In this document: piece after piece, positions 48,922 through 58,911 of the stretch
How positions within the stretch are numbered: the first letter of the stretch is position 1
Layout: every line of letters starts with the position of its first letter
Assembly: GCA_963832745.1 (NCBI GenBank)
Contig: CAWHVC010000001.1
Location: forward strand, 448,001-512,000
Direction: 5' to 3'
DNA from: Candidatus Bathyarchaeota archaeon
GTDB lineage: Archaea; Thermoproteota; Bathyarchaeia; Bathyarchaeales; Bathycorpusculaceae
DNA length: 64,000 nt
Notes under the pieces: model-generated
Database searches by the model: none
Told to the model about the DNA's origin: nothing
The model's input: the letters and a program-made list of their open reading frames with translations, nothing else
Made by a program: the position numbers and the translations under genes

Positions 48922-49758
48922 CTATGCTCTTTTAATATATTCAGGTCTTCCGTAGGTATTAAGTACACTGCCGTTTGGTACAGTGTTAGGCGGTGTACCG
49001 TCATGGTGTAACCCTAATGTTTGTTCGCCAGCACTAAATATTTGTTGATTATAATCTTCGGTGCTTGAAACAGCAACAACAGCGTTTTGGCCTAATTGGA
49101 TTCCATAATTATCATTGTATTCAGAATCCAGACTTTCAGTTGTTAAGTCAATCAAACTATATTTAATTTCGCCATCAACGTACAAACCTCTAAGATTATT
49201 GTCATGTAACTAAACGTTTGCTTTTATGAATGAATTATGCAGCTTGCAACCTGTACTTAAGTAAATGCCTATTCTGCCTCAATCAGATGCCGGGTAGGTC
49301 TGTAAACTCATGCTTGTGTCAGCAATAAACGTAAATCCAAAGTCGCCTGTACTGCCTGTACTTTTTTCAAATAGAATTCCTTTGCGAATATACTTCATTC
49401 GAACATGTTCAATATGGTTTGCTTGACACCACTTTTGATTTGTTCTAAGTTTAATGCCTTCTTTACACCATTGGATGCCAACATTCCTGATCTGGCAATT
49501 GTAAACATCTTCAAGTAAAATTGCAGTTTGTCCGGTTGCTTCGGTTTGATCGGTTCCTCTTAGTATTATATTTTCGATAACGGCACTTTTTGTTATATCC
49601 CCAAAATTTGAATCTACCTGAACAATTGGGTTTGCACTGGAAGTAATTATTACTTTTCTACTTCCGTTAATTCCTCTCAGAATTCCATCAGCAGGTAAAT
49701 GGATGGTCGTTGTTAAAGTTGTTGGGGGATCATTATCAAACTCATAGGTTTCAGACAT
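48922..49758 (-). pseudogene. Beta-helix paralogue with two in-frame stops
   Basis: One frame from ATG 49758, with TGA 49279-49281 and TAG 49210-49212; FIKANV* aligns with FIKANVW/FIKANIW in the paralogues. Confidence 0.85.
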
Positions 49759-49959
49759 ATTTTTTCCTCCATTTTTTTTCAACTAAACATTTCAGCGGAA
49801 GATTACTTTAAAGAAAACGAAATATTACCGAAATATGCCTCCGGTAGTTTGGTCTAATATTTTAAAAACCTCAGAGTAAAAATTGATTAACTGGGTTATA
49901 GCAGTTTGTGAAGACAGCCTGCTACAGTGATTTTAAAAAAAGAAAAATAGACTTTCTTG

Positions 49960-51267
49960 TTATCTCTTTGTTTTACTTTTCCTAAAAAATATGGTTAAAA
50001 TTACAAATGTTACAACAAAAACAATTAATGCGGCTAATGGTATTTGCCAAGTTTCAATGAAACTAGACGCGTTTACAGTTTGTGAAGGTGTTTCGCTTGG
50101 AAGAGTATCATAGACAATTTTAGCCGCCCATATCGCTCTATTCTCCGAGAAGCCTTTGTATCCTGTAAAAATGTAACTGCCATCGTTGGCAACGGCAACC
50201 GATAAAATATATGGTTCTTTACCTTTAGCAAAGTTTTCACTCCATTGTAACTTGCCCGAGGCGCTGCATTTGGCAATAATTCCCACGTCACCGTTGCCTC
50301 CTGCAAAAACGTATCCGCCCTCTTTAGTTTGTGCTATTGATCTAAAAGCAACCGGAAAAGAGTCATTAAAATTTTGGCTCCATTGTATATTTCCCGCAGA
50401 ATCAACCTTAATAATGCGACCAAATTGATCGGAAAATCCGCTAAGCACAAACCCGCCATCGGCACTTTTAATAAGTGAATCGCATTCATCGCCTGAAGAT
50501 TCTCCATAGCGTTTTTCCCACTGGGTATCGCCTACACGGTTAATCTTGACAAGCCACATATCTTGCTGACCTGCTGACTGATATGTGGTGGCTCCAGCAA
50601 AAACATACCCATCACTATTTTCAACAATTGAATAAATGTCGCTGTATACTCCAGGATTTACTTTACCGTAAGTTTTGTTCCATAGTACGTTCCCATTTGA
50701 ATCAGTTTTAACAAGCCTGCCCTCTGAATAAAAATAAGGCTTATCGCCACCACCGACACCGACAATAACAAATCCATTATCACTTGTCTGGATTACTGAC
50801 CTGACTGAAACATCAGACCTATCGGGAAATGTATCATAAGTCTTATTCCATTGAAGGACTCCTTGAGAATCGATTTTACATAAGGTTCTTCCAGACAAGA
50901 CAGCAAAACCGTTATCGCTTGTCAAAATTGCATCATTAATGGAACCAAAAGACCCGTAATTTTTTGTCCATTGAATACTCCCTTGTGAATCAATTTTGAT
51001 GAGCACCATGCTTTCATTACTCCAGCCACCTGGTTCACGCGTCTGTACCCATTGCTCAGTGCCCCCAACTATAAGGTATCGGCGGTCATTCAGCGCTAAG
51101 ATGTTTGTACCATAGAAAGGATTAAACGTTTTATCCCATTCAACATTAGGTATTGCTATATTGTTCGTATTGCTTGGAAGCTGCAGAGTTATCTCAGTAT
51201 AAAAAACGCTAATAATAAGGCATAACATGAAAATTTTTTTAGAGGTTATATTCTTCTTATTAGTCAT
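49960..51267 (-). CDS. Secreted membrane-anchored beta-propeller repeat protein
   Basis: Repeats LIKIDSQGSIQWTKNY / LVKTDSNGNVLWNKTY / DGGFVLSG; C-terminal TM helix. Confidence 0.85.
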   Translation of the reverse strand: MTNKKNITSKKIFMLCLIISVFYTEITLQLPSNTNNIAIPNVEWDKTFNPFYGTNILALNDRRYLIVGGTEQWVQTREPGGWSNESMVLIKIDSQGSIQWTKNYGSFGSINDAILTSDNGFAVLSGRTLCKIDSQGVLQWNKTYDTFPDRSDVSVRSVIQTSDNGFVIVGVGGGDKPYFYSEGRLVKTDSNGNVLWNKTYGKVNPGVYSDIYSIVENSDGYVFAGATTYQSAGQQDMWLVKINRVGDTQWEKRYGESSGDECDSLIKSADGGFVLSGFSDQFGRIIKVDSAGNIQWSQNFNDSFPVAFRSIAQTKEGGYVFAGGNGDVGIIAKCSASGKLQWSENFAKGKEPYILSVAVANDGSYIFTGYKGFSENRAIWAAKIVYDTLPSETPSQTVNASSFIETWQIPLAALIVFVVTFVILTIFFRKSKTKR

Positions 51268-51334
51268 CTTGAATAATACGATATTGCAAAGATATAAATT
51301 TTTTTAAAAAAAGAAAAAAGGAATAAAAATTAAG

Positions 51335-53092
51335 TTAAGTTACAGGTCGAACTTGGATTTTATCGTTGTCGTTGAGATTACTAGGGTATACATTGGTGGA
51401 AAGGTTGTTAGTTGCGAGGAAAAAATCCTGATTGTTCTTAATTGGGCTTGAAATATTAAAATCGACTTTTAATCCTGTTCCACCCGTTGACCCTAATTTT
51501 GATACATATAGATTAACTAATGCCATTCCTCCTAGAGAACTATTACCCGTTTCGTAAGTGCCTATTTTTCGCAGATATACACCTATAGAGTCAGAATATT
51601 GAAGCCAAATGTTTGCCTTTATAAATGAACTATACGTTGTAATATTATTATATTCTTTGTTGGCTTGGGTTTCTATTTTTGGTTCCAAATCAATGCCTAT
51701 ACAGTTTGCCGCGTTGTTAAGTAGTATTCCAACGTCCTCTATATGGGTGTAAGCAAAGCTGTTTTGATCACCATTGGTATTTTCAAAGTAAATCCCTTTA
51801 TTCACATTTGATATTCTTACGTGTGTGATATTTGTTAGTTCAGTCCAACGATTGGTTGAGTTTTTAAGATGGATCCCTATATTGCAGTTATTGATCGAAA
51901 CGTTCCTAATTTGACAATGGCAGGTGCCATTAATGAGAATTCCCGTGTTAGTTCCATTTCCTTGCAAAATGATATTTTCAATCAATGGCGATTCGAGTTC
52001 ATCAATTTCTTCGTTATAATCAGGGCGATTTACAATGATTATAGGTTTGTCTCCTGAAGAAGATATTACCGTATTCTTACTTCCATACCCCGTTAATCGA
52101 GAAAAGTTGCTTATCTCGATTGATCCCCAGTCTCCATGTTGTGGTTCTTGGTTGACATATTTTCGTACTAATCCGTAATCGCTTGTTGTGCCTGTTTGTT
52201 CCATAACAACGGCAGTGTCGAAATGTATTCTAGAAATGTTACCGTTTCCACCACTTGATTGGTTTATTTCTATGTAGTCCCAACATCCGTTCATCCAATT
52301 GGCAATCCACGCGTCTCTAAGGAGTAAGAAGATTGTTACATACTCGTTTTGTGCAGCGCTAACGTCAATGTAATGATCCTGTAAGTCTGGACCCCAAGTG
52401 TAATTGAATGTTTTATCGCAATTATAGAGTAAACCTGCGCCTTTAGTTAGTGGCCAGTTATATGGAAAATCAGCAGTGTTTGATCTTAAGTAAACGCCAT
52501 CGTATATTCGAACACACCATTCGTAAGAATCTTCAAAATAGTTCCAATCACCTTTCCATGACCAACGTAAATATTTGCCGTTGATCCATGATTTTGGAAC
52601 TACCATAAAGGCCCATCCAAATCCAAGACCATTCAAGGGGGAACTCATTTTTAGCCAAGTTGATTGATCAATCGAGAATGTGATGTCAGGGTTGTAACTA
52701 GGAACTACTTTATGTTCACGTAATTGTACAATTCCTGTTGTAAATTGATTGCCTTCTGATGTTGCAGATGGATTGTTATAGTAAACAAATATTGTTTGAT
52801 TTGTACTCGATAAATCGCCAGATACTTTAACCCAGAATGTTGCTTGGGTAGCAGTTGATACACTTTCCATATAATAAGGAAGTAACGTGGTTCCGTCGTC
52901 AGATGTAAAACGTATGTCAGTAAAATCAGTTTTGCAAAATCCGTTCATATTAACGATGTTTCCAGAATCTGAACCGCTATTGTAGTTGACCATTATTTTG
53001 ACCTGATATCCGTTGCCTGCTCCGGGTGAACTTTGAATAACATGGCTCTTTCTACAGCCCCATGCTTTGTCATACCAATCACTATTTACCAT
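51335..53092 (-). CDS. DUF2341 + beta-helix protein
   Basis: DFTDIRFTSDDGTTLLPYYME...FWVKV...YYNNPSA; C-terminal IENIILQG...CQIRNVSI shared with the two paralogues; ATG 53092 after GGAGG. Confidence 0.8.
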   Translation of the reverse strand: MVNSDWYDKAWGCRKSHVIQSSPGAGNGYQVKIMVNYNSGSDSGNIVNMNGFCKTDFTDIRFTSDDGTTLLPYYMESVSTATQATFWVKVSGDLSSTNQTIFVYYNNPSATSEGNQFTTGIVQLREHKVVPSYNPDITFSIDQSTWLKMSSPLNGLGFGWAFMVVPKSWINGKYLRWSWKGDWNYFEDSYEWCVRIYDGVYLRSNTADFPYNWPLTKGAGLLYNCDKTFNYTWGPDLQDHYIDVSAAQNEYVTIFLLLRDAWIANWMNGCWDYIEINQSSGGNGNISRIHFDTAVVMEQTGTTSDYGLVRKYVNQEPQHGDWGSIEISNFSRLTGYGSKNTVISSSGDKPIIIVNRPDYNEEIDELESPLIENIILQGNGTNTGILINGTCHCQIRNVSINNCNIGIHLKNSTNRWTELTNITHVRISNVNKGIYFENTNGDQNSFAYTHIEDVGILLNNAANCIGIDLEPKIETQANKEYNNITTYSSFIKANIWLQYSDSIGVYLRKIGTYETGNSSLGGMALVNLYVSKLGSTGGTGLKVDFNISSPIKNNQDFFLATNNLSTNVYPSNLNDNDKIQVRPVT

Positions 53093-53286
53093 TTTTTTTC
53101 CTCCATTTTCAAGGCTATCATTCCCTGTAGTAAGCATTAAGGAAGACGAAAAAATACTGAAATACATCTTGAACTATAATGGCCTATATATATACATCAC
53201 TTTTACTTACCTCTCCATTTACGAAATTATTCGTTTGATTTAAAGGCTTTTTACTACATTTTGTAACTAAATTGGAGGACTGTGGC

Positions 53287-53625
53287 GTGAATCTCGAAAA
53301 AGTATTGACCTCATCTTGTAGACAAAAGATATTGAAAGAACTTTCAATTTCAAAAAGTATCCATGTGATGGGACTAGTAAGAAAAATTAATAGTACCTAT
53401 ATTGAAGTAAATAGAAATTTGAAAATTCTGGAAAAAGAGGGCGTATTAACTGATAGGCGTGTTGGGCGTATGCGTATGCTTAGATTAAATTATGATAATC
53501 CTAAGACTGTTTTGTTATTACAAGCTCTTAAAATATTAAATTCGCCTATAGCTTCAACTGATTTGCCTGTGAAGCCAATTAAATTTGATGACCCTTGCCT
53601 AAATAATTTAAAAAAGAGGCTTTAA
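53287..53625 (+). CDS. ArsR-like winged-helix regulator
   Basis: SSCRQKILKEL...RNLKILEKEGVL...GRMR. Confidence 0.75.
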   Translation: MNLEKVLTSSCRQKILKELSISKSIHVMGLVRKINSTYIEVNRNLKILEKEGVLTDRRVGRMRMLRLNYDNPKTVLLLQALKILNSPIASTDLPVKPIKFDDPCLNNLKKRL

Positions 53626-53717
53626 TCAAAAAGGTGTTTAATTTAATGAAAAAGGTTAATTCATTTCAGAAGTTAGGCTGTTTAATCTCTGGAAGTTTGC
53701 ATTTGATCAATATTTGT

Positions 53718-53912
53718 ATGGCTTCAGGTCAATCAGACTGCAGTAAACGAAACGTGCTCGTTGACCAAATCATTGATAGCGTGATTGTAGGGGGGATAAC
53801 CGGTGTTTCTACTTATGTCGCTGCAGGAGAAACGATTTCGATTAATTCTGCCATTCTGGCATTTACTCTTACATTTCTTATAAAAATGAAGGAGTATCGA
53901 AAAATAAAATAG
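53718..53912 (+). CDS. Small two-helix membrane protein (holin-like, inferred)
   Basis: 64 aa, two hydrophobic segments, basic tail; a decayed paralogue at 20219-20379 supports coding status. Confidence 0.65.
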   Translation: MASGQSDCSKRNVLVDQIIDSVIVGGITGVSTYVAAGETISINSAILAFTLTFLIKMKEYRKIK

Positions 53913-54279
53913 TTGATAGCTTCAAAATTGAGGTCTTTTTATGGGTGTTTTAAAACGGTTGTATGAACTCATTAGACGGCATGTTAGAGAGGTCGCAATA
54001 GGTTAAGCGCCCTATGCCCCTTTATTTTTTTATTTTATTCATTTTTAGTCATCCTTTTTTTACATGTCAACGTTATTTAACTGTTAACCTAAACCTTGAA
54101 TAACTCCATACTCCCCCTTTTTTAATCTTTTTTGTTTTAACTTTAAATTAGAGTTTTAGACAAATTTCAAAATTGTTACCTTATCATTTTACAAAAAATT
54201 GGTTAAAAGGTTCTTGCTTGCCTTTTAAGCCTAAGTCCTTAATATTTACTAACCTATTTGAAAATTGCTTGTTCCAACA

Positions 54280-54885
54280 TCAATCAACCGCTTCATCATT
54301 TATGAAGCGGAAGTATGTTTCGTTTCCGAAGGTGCTTCCATAAATATATTCGCCAGAGCTAATGCTTTTGAGTTGCATTTCTTGATTTAATTTCAATGAT
54401 TCCGCGTGTCCTGTACCTTCTGCTGATGCAAATGAGGCGCCTAAATGGTACTGAAAAGGGTGAGCATTTAATCCACCTATATTCGATTCAGTCAAGCCCA
54501 TGTTTTCTGTGAATGCTACTAACTTAGAGGTATGAGGGTAGAACCAGTAGGCATTGCTTTCGGAAAAAGTACGTTGATATGAAAAAACTTCGAGGTTTGT
54601 TTGGAATATTTGTATGTCAGTAAGGCGCAAAGTGGCATCAGATGGGTTGGTTATGTTTACAACAAATACATATGAAAGTATGCTACGGAAGGCTACCCCT
54701 GAAGCTTCTGAAGTATTATAAACTTTAAAGTACGCTTGCACTAAAGTGGCATCAATAGGGTATGAAGTGTCAGCGTTTGTCATTGTACCAAAATCAGACT
54801 GGAAAGAAACGAATCCAATTAAGATGCCCACTATAAACGCTGTGCAAATAATTATTATCAATTTCCTTTTAACCATAATTTGCAC
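54280..54885 (-). CDS. Hypothetical N-anchored secreted protein
   Basis: N-terminal TM helix; VVNITNPSD Ig-like motif. Confidence 0.65.
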   Translation of the reverse strand: MQIMVKRKLIIIICTAFIVGILIGFVSFQSDFGTMTNADTSYPIDATLVQAYFKVYNTSEASGVAFRSILSYVFVVNITNPSDATLRLTDIQIFQTNLEVFSYQRTFSESNAYWFYPHTSKLVAFTENMGLTESNIGGLNAHPFQYHLGASFASAEGTGHAESLKLNQEMQLKSISSGEYIYGSTFGNETYFRFINDEAVD

Positions 54886-54978
54886 CCCACGTTAACATAC
54901 AACCTATTGTTTTTTATATTTACATTGAAACCGAATGTTCTAAATCTAATAATAGTCTGAAAATTTTGGATAAAGAAT

Positions 54979-55014
54979 TTGTGACTGTATTTGGCTAGTC
55001 ACAAGTGTATATAT
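54979..55014 (+). promoter_or_regulatory. Inverted-repeat operator candidate and TATA box
   Basis: TTGTGACT-N10-AGTCACAA (54979-55004), then TATATAT (55008-55014). Confidence 0.55.
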
Positions 55015-55034
55015 TTTTTCTCTGCAGCCTAAAT

Positions 55035-55180
55035 GGTAAGGTGCGTGGATGGAGATACCTGAAACCCGAAAAATCAAAAAATTAAGCTCAGACGAAAAGT
55101 TTGGAAGTATAGCTTATTCCCTCAGAGACGTGCCTATTGAGCAAAGGCGCAAAGAAGCAGACAAACCCCTGTACCTTACC
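55035..55180 (+). ncRNA. Candidate ~150-nt structured sRNA
   Basis: 10-bp terminal stem GGTAAGGTGC/GTACCTTACC, two internal hairpins, upstream TATA, downstream T-rich tract. Confidence 0.6.
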
Positions 55181-55268
55181 CGATACGAGTAACATTTTTC
55201 TCTTTTGCAAGTTTAAAGCGTAACCAAAATAAGCTTGAAGCATCGGTTATGCTATGCATTGATGCATT

Positions 55269-56003
55269 ATGTCAGGCACCGAAACGCTTGTTCCATTCAT
55301 TGGCGACAAAAAGAAAGGCGAAGAACCAACAATCATCATTGACAGTCGCGAAGCCAGTAGCGCACAAAAAATCGTCAAAGGCTTAATCGAAAAAAACGTA
55401 ACAATCAAAACTCAAATGCTTGAGAAAGGCGACTACATCATCTCCGACGAATGTGCTGTTGAAAGAAAAACCGTTAACGACTTCGTTTACACCCTGACAA
55501 GACGTTACCTGTTTGAACAACTTTTTCTCTTAAAAGATGTTTATCCAAAAGCCTTGCTTGTTCTTGAAGGCTACCTGCCAATCATTTACAAGTACAGCAG
55601 TATTCAGCCTCAAGCCGTATGGGGCGCAATGTTCAATTTGGCAAAAAACGGCATCGCCATAGTCAACACAGCTTCTCATAAAGAAACCGTGGACTTCCTT
55701 TACACTGCGGCTAAACAGGAACAGATAGTTGAAAAACGCAGCGCCGTCGTGCATGCTTTCAAAAAATGCGAGACTTTGGCGGATTCTCAAATTTACTTTG
55801 TAGCTAGCTTGCCAAATATTGGTAGAGAGAAGGCTACGGCTATTTTGGGTGCTTACCAAACGCCGATTAATGCGTTGATGAATGTAGAACACTGGTCTAA
55901 GACTGTTAATGGTTTGGGTCCTGTAATTACTAATAAGGTGAAAGAGGTTGTTTCTACGCCTTATAAGGAAGCGAAACAGCAGCAGGATTGTAAAACTGAA
56001 TAA
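55269..56003 (+). CDS. xpf: Short XPF/ERCC4 structure-specific endonuclease
   Basis: IDSRE, GDY, VERKT..D, LVLEG, HhH (LPNIGREKA, GLGP). Confidence 0.92.
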   Translation: MSGTETLVPFIGDKKKGEEPTIIIDSREASSAQKIVKGLIEKNVTIKTQMLEKGDYIISDECAVERKTVNDFVYTLTRRYLFEQLFLLKDVYPKALLVLEGYLPIIYKYSSIQPQAVWGAMFNLAKNGIAIVNTASHKETVDFLYTAAKQEQIVEKRSAVVHAFKKCETLADSQIYFVASLPNIGREKATAILGAYQTPINALMNVEHWSKTVNGLGPVITNKVKEVVSTPYKEAKQQQDCKTE

Positions 56004-56045
56004 ATACTGCATCTCCATAAACCATAAAAAGGCTAATGCCTACAG

Positions 56046-56669
56046 TTGCACAGTCCTTTGGTGAGAGAGCATACAATGAAAAAAGTAAAAATTTTACTTT
56101 CTATACTCTCCGTTATAATTATTGTTGCACCGATAGCTGCAGAAGTGCTTATCTATCAAAACAACTTGATAGGCTTAGTTATTCCACCCGAAATCACTAA
56201 CTTACTAAACGGTGACAATATTAGCGGCAACATAGGCACAGTCACCGGCGACATAGCTAGCACACCTTTCGAGCCACCAATGCTTGTAGGCGAACCACAA
56301 TATTTCCCTGAAAACCACACAGTCAAGTTTACCTATAACTTCACAAACCCATTAAGCACGGAAATTAAAGTAACCACTCTGCAAGCAGAAGTTGTCTGTC
56401 ATGAACATGGCTTCTCGCTTGGCAACGTTTCAATTGATCCAGCTACTTTGGAGCCAGGACAAACCATTGATATAACTGCTTTTGGTGTGCTTTCTGACGC
56501 CGCTTTGAAACACATTGCAACTCAGCATGCAGGGCAAAGCAGTATTAACGCTGATTTTAAAAATCTTGACGTTGAAATGGCTGGGGTAACAATTCAGATG
56601 GATCTGCAGCAGTATGTTGGTAATATTCCTATTCCGGTAGAGTACTTGCAATATTTGGGGTTGCAATAA
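56046..56669 (+). CDS. Hypothetical membrane-anchored protein
   Basis: N-terminal TM helix and beta-sandwich (FTNP). Confidence 0.7.
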   Translation: MHSPLVREHTMKKVKILLSILSVIIIVAPIAAEVLIYQNNLIGLVIPPEITNLLNGDNISGNIGTVTGDIASTPFEPPMLVGEPQYFPENHTVKFTYNFTNPLSTEIKVTTLQAEVVCHEHGFSLGNVSIDPATLEPGQTIDITAFGVLSDAALKHIATQHAGQSSINADFKNLDVEMAGVTIQMDLQQYVGNIPIPVEYLQYLGLQ

Positions 56670-56670
56670 A

Positions 56671-57240
56671 ATGATGCTTAGCCGTGTTAACTGGTTTGGC
56701 GTTGCAGGCGGCACATTAACTCTTCTGGTTATTGTGGTTTCAATGTATAATCCTTGGTGGCAGTTAACGATTGGTGAAAACCTAATGAAAGTTAACGCGT
56801 CTCCAATGAATACGAATTTCGGCTTACTGGGTACCCAATTCACGATACCTCTAATTTACGCACTTAACATCGGCAGCATTCTAACTTTCCTGTTCAGCGG
56901 CATCATCATGCTCATCTACTCTGTAATGCCAACCAAACCGTACGCTAAGGACCTGCTTGGGTTTGCATGGAAAAAACCCTTATACGCAATAATCTTCAGC
57001 GTCGTCGGCCTCGCCGTAATCATTCTTATCACGCAAGTTGTTCTGGGCATAAACATTCCACTTGTCGGCACCGGCACAGTTATTTTGCCCTCACAATTCA
57101 CTATGGGCGTTAACATTAGCGTGCTAGTATCTTCAGCCTTCCAGTGGCCCTTATATCTTGCAGCGGTTGCAGCTGGCTTATGCATAACCGCACGAATCTA
57201 CCACAGGAAAGTATCCCACCTCCCAGTAACGGCCGCGTAA
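56671..57240 (+). CDS. Hypothetical four-TM membrane protein
   Basis: PWW motif and four hydrophobic helices; directly follows the previous gene. Confidence 0.7.
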   Translation: MMLSRVNWFGVAGGTLTLLVIVVSMYNPWWQLTIGENLMKVNASPMNTNFGLLGTQFTIPLIYALNIGSILTFLFSGIIMLIYSVMPTKPYAKDLLGFAWKKPLYAIIFSVVGLAVIILITQVVLGINIPLVGTGTVILPSQFTMGVNISVLVSSAFQWPLYLAAVAAGLCITARIYHRKVSHLPVTAA

Positions 57241-57343
57241 ACATTAAAAACTAAACTTTTCTTCTCTTTTTTTAACCGCTAAGGTTTAAAGGCTAAAGCA
57301 GCATTAAACATTAAACCCGACAAACCGTGAGGCTTAAGATAAA

Positions 57344-57421
57344 GGGGCTGTCGGCTAGCTTGGTCCAGGCTTGTAGCCTCGGGCGCTATAGACGCCGGTT
57401 CAAATCCGGCCAGCCCCACCA
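57344..57421 (+). tRNA. tRNA-Pro(CGG), CCA encoded
   Basis: GGGGCTG...CAGCCCC ACCA, anticodon loop CTCGGGC, T-loop TTCAAAT. Confidence 0.96.
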
Positions 57422-57511
57422 CTAAATACGTATTCGAATTTTATGTGTCTCTTGAGTTATGCCGTAAGTTTTTTAATTGATGCTTGACGTACCATTGTAG
57501 AGGACGAGCAG

Positions 57512-57844
57512 TTGCTGTTTAAACGCAAAAGTAAACTTGAAGTTGATTTAGGCGATTTAGAAAAAGAAAAAGAAAACCTGTCAAATTTTCTTCAGCAACA
57601 TCTCAAAGTTGAAGTTACCGTAAGTAGAGGCAATTTGGTTGTAGATGCTGAAAAAGTAGCGATAGGCGACCTGTTTCATGCAGTAAAAAAGTTTGTTTAT
57701 CATCGCGGCCTCAACAATACTCACTATGTTTCAGAGGAAGTTTCAAAAGTAAAAATTAGCCGTTTGAGAGGTCACGAGAAGAAGAAAGAAGACCATAAGA
57801 AAGAACCTGTACATCAAACGGAAGTCCAAACCTGGGGCCTTTAA
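57512..57844 (+). CDS. Ribosomal protein eL22 (L22e)-like protein
   Basis: NLSNFLQQHLKV and DLFHAVKKFVYHRGL resemble eL22 NFEQFLQERIKV and YLKYLTKKYLKKNNL. Confidence 0.55.
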   Translation: MLFKRKSKLEVDLGDLEKEKENLSNFLQQHLKVEVTVSRGNLVVDAEKVAIGDLFHAVKKFVYHRGLNNTHYVSEEVSKVKISRLRGHEKKKEDHKKEPVHQTEVQTWGL

Positions 57845-57858
57845 AGGCAAAAGGGCTT

Positions 57859-58398
57859 CTAACTTTTTTCCTCTTGTTTTTTGAGTAATCCTTTGGCTTT
57901 TTCTGTGTAAGGATTGGGGAACGCTTCGTTTGCCACCTTATTGCCTTCGTTAAAGAAGTCGTCTATTCCTTTACCCATTGCCTTGCCGCGTGCTGTGTGC
58001 TTGTCAAGTGCAAAGTCTGGAATCGGCAAAAACTTGCCGTCACGCTCCCTTTCGGTATAAATTATGTTTTGTAAGTCGTCGGTTATTCTGCTTTTTTGAC
58101 TACGACATAAGCACACTACAGCGTTCATCAGGTAAAGTTTGTAGTTGCTTTCGGCTAGTTTGGATTTTTCAGTCAGGTACTGTTTTTGCAAGTAATCGAC
58201 GAGCAGGGGCATGACGGGGTTTGCTGGACCGACGTCTTCAGATGCAATAATTTTCAGGCGATTCCAAAGCATGGTGGGGTTAAACTCTTCCAGTTCCACC
58301 GCAAAATGCGCTGCCTCGTACTCCATGTTTCGCCGTATACATTTCTGTAGGGCGCTGAGCAGTTCATAATGGTCGTAACCATGTTTAGTGGTAGCCAA
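57859..58398 (-). CDS. Stand-alone RarA/MgsA C-terminal-like domain protein
   Basis: LSALQKCIRR, RLKIIASEDVG, KSR, IPDFALDKHT; no P-loop. Confidence 0.8.
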   Translation of the reverse strand: MATTKHGYDHYELLSALQKCIRRNMEYEAAHFAVELEEFNPTMLWNRLKIIASEDVGPANPVMPLLVDYLQKQYLTEKSKLAESNYKLYLMNAVVCLCRSQKSRITDDLQNIIYTERERDGKFLPIPDFALDKHTARGKAMGKGIDDFFNEGNKVANEAFPNPYTEKAKGLLKKQEEKS

Positions 58399-58484
58399 TA
58401 TGTTTCACTTCTAACCGCAAAAAACCGCTAAGCTAACAAATAAGCTTTCGGTTCGCCTGTTAACTACGTTTAAAAAGGGCACGT

Positions 58485-58852
58485 TTACGTTTTATTTAAA
58501 GAATAATGTAGCTGAACAATGCCTGATTTGTAAGAAACAGTCTCCAAAAGCTCAAGCTTAATTTCCCTTTCTAAACTTGAAAACAAAGAGATGCCTTCTC
58601 CCAAAAGGGTTTGCACAATAAATACATGCATTTCGTCCAAAAGCGTTGAGTTTAGCAATCGTTCAGGATGTAAAAGAGACTGTATGTATGTTCTATCACC
58701 CATAATTGCTGTGTCAACTGTTTTAATAAAAACTGAATAGCCTAATCATCGCCGGCTTGGTATGTTTCCAGCCATGTTATGTCATAGTTTTTGTGTGCCA
58801 CGTACCCTTCAAGACTCATGGCGAAGTGCAAAAGAACTTTAGGGTCTGCCAT
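58485..58852 (-). pseudogene. DHFR/RibD-C family pseudogene
   Basis: MADPKVLLHFAMSLEGYVA..DITWL, frameshift/TAG near 58740, then IMGDRTY joined almost directly to LLDEMHVFIVQTLLGEGISLF (central part missing). Confidence 0.8.
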
Positions 58853-58911
58853 AAGCTTAAAGAACAAAAACTAGGAAAAGAAGGTTTAGACTTATTGTTA
58901 AAAATATTTTC

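Larger units (their letters stand above)
47300..54100. mobile_element. AT-rich decaying accessory island, possibly provirus/integrative element derived; boundaries approximate
   Basis: Visibly lower GC, beta-helix paralogues with lesions, RHH and wHTH genes, right end homologous to the integrase-linked remnant at 20.2-20.5 kb. Confidence 0.5.

Noticed and set aside
55020-55130. Group I intron-like words (GCAGCC, TCAGAGAC)
   Set aside because: No S element or P7 pairing, and no host gene
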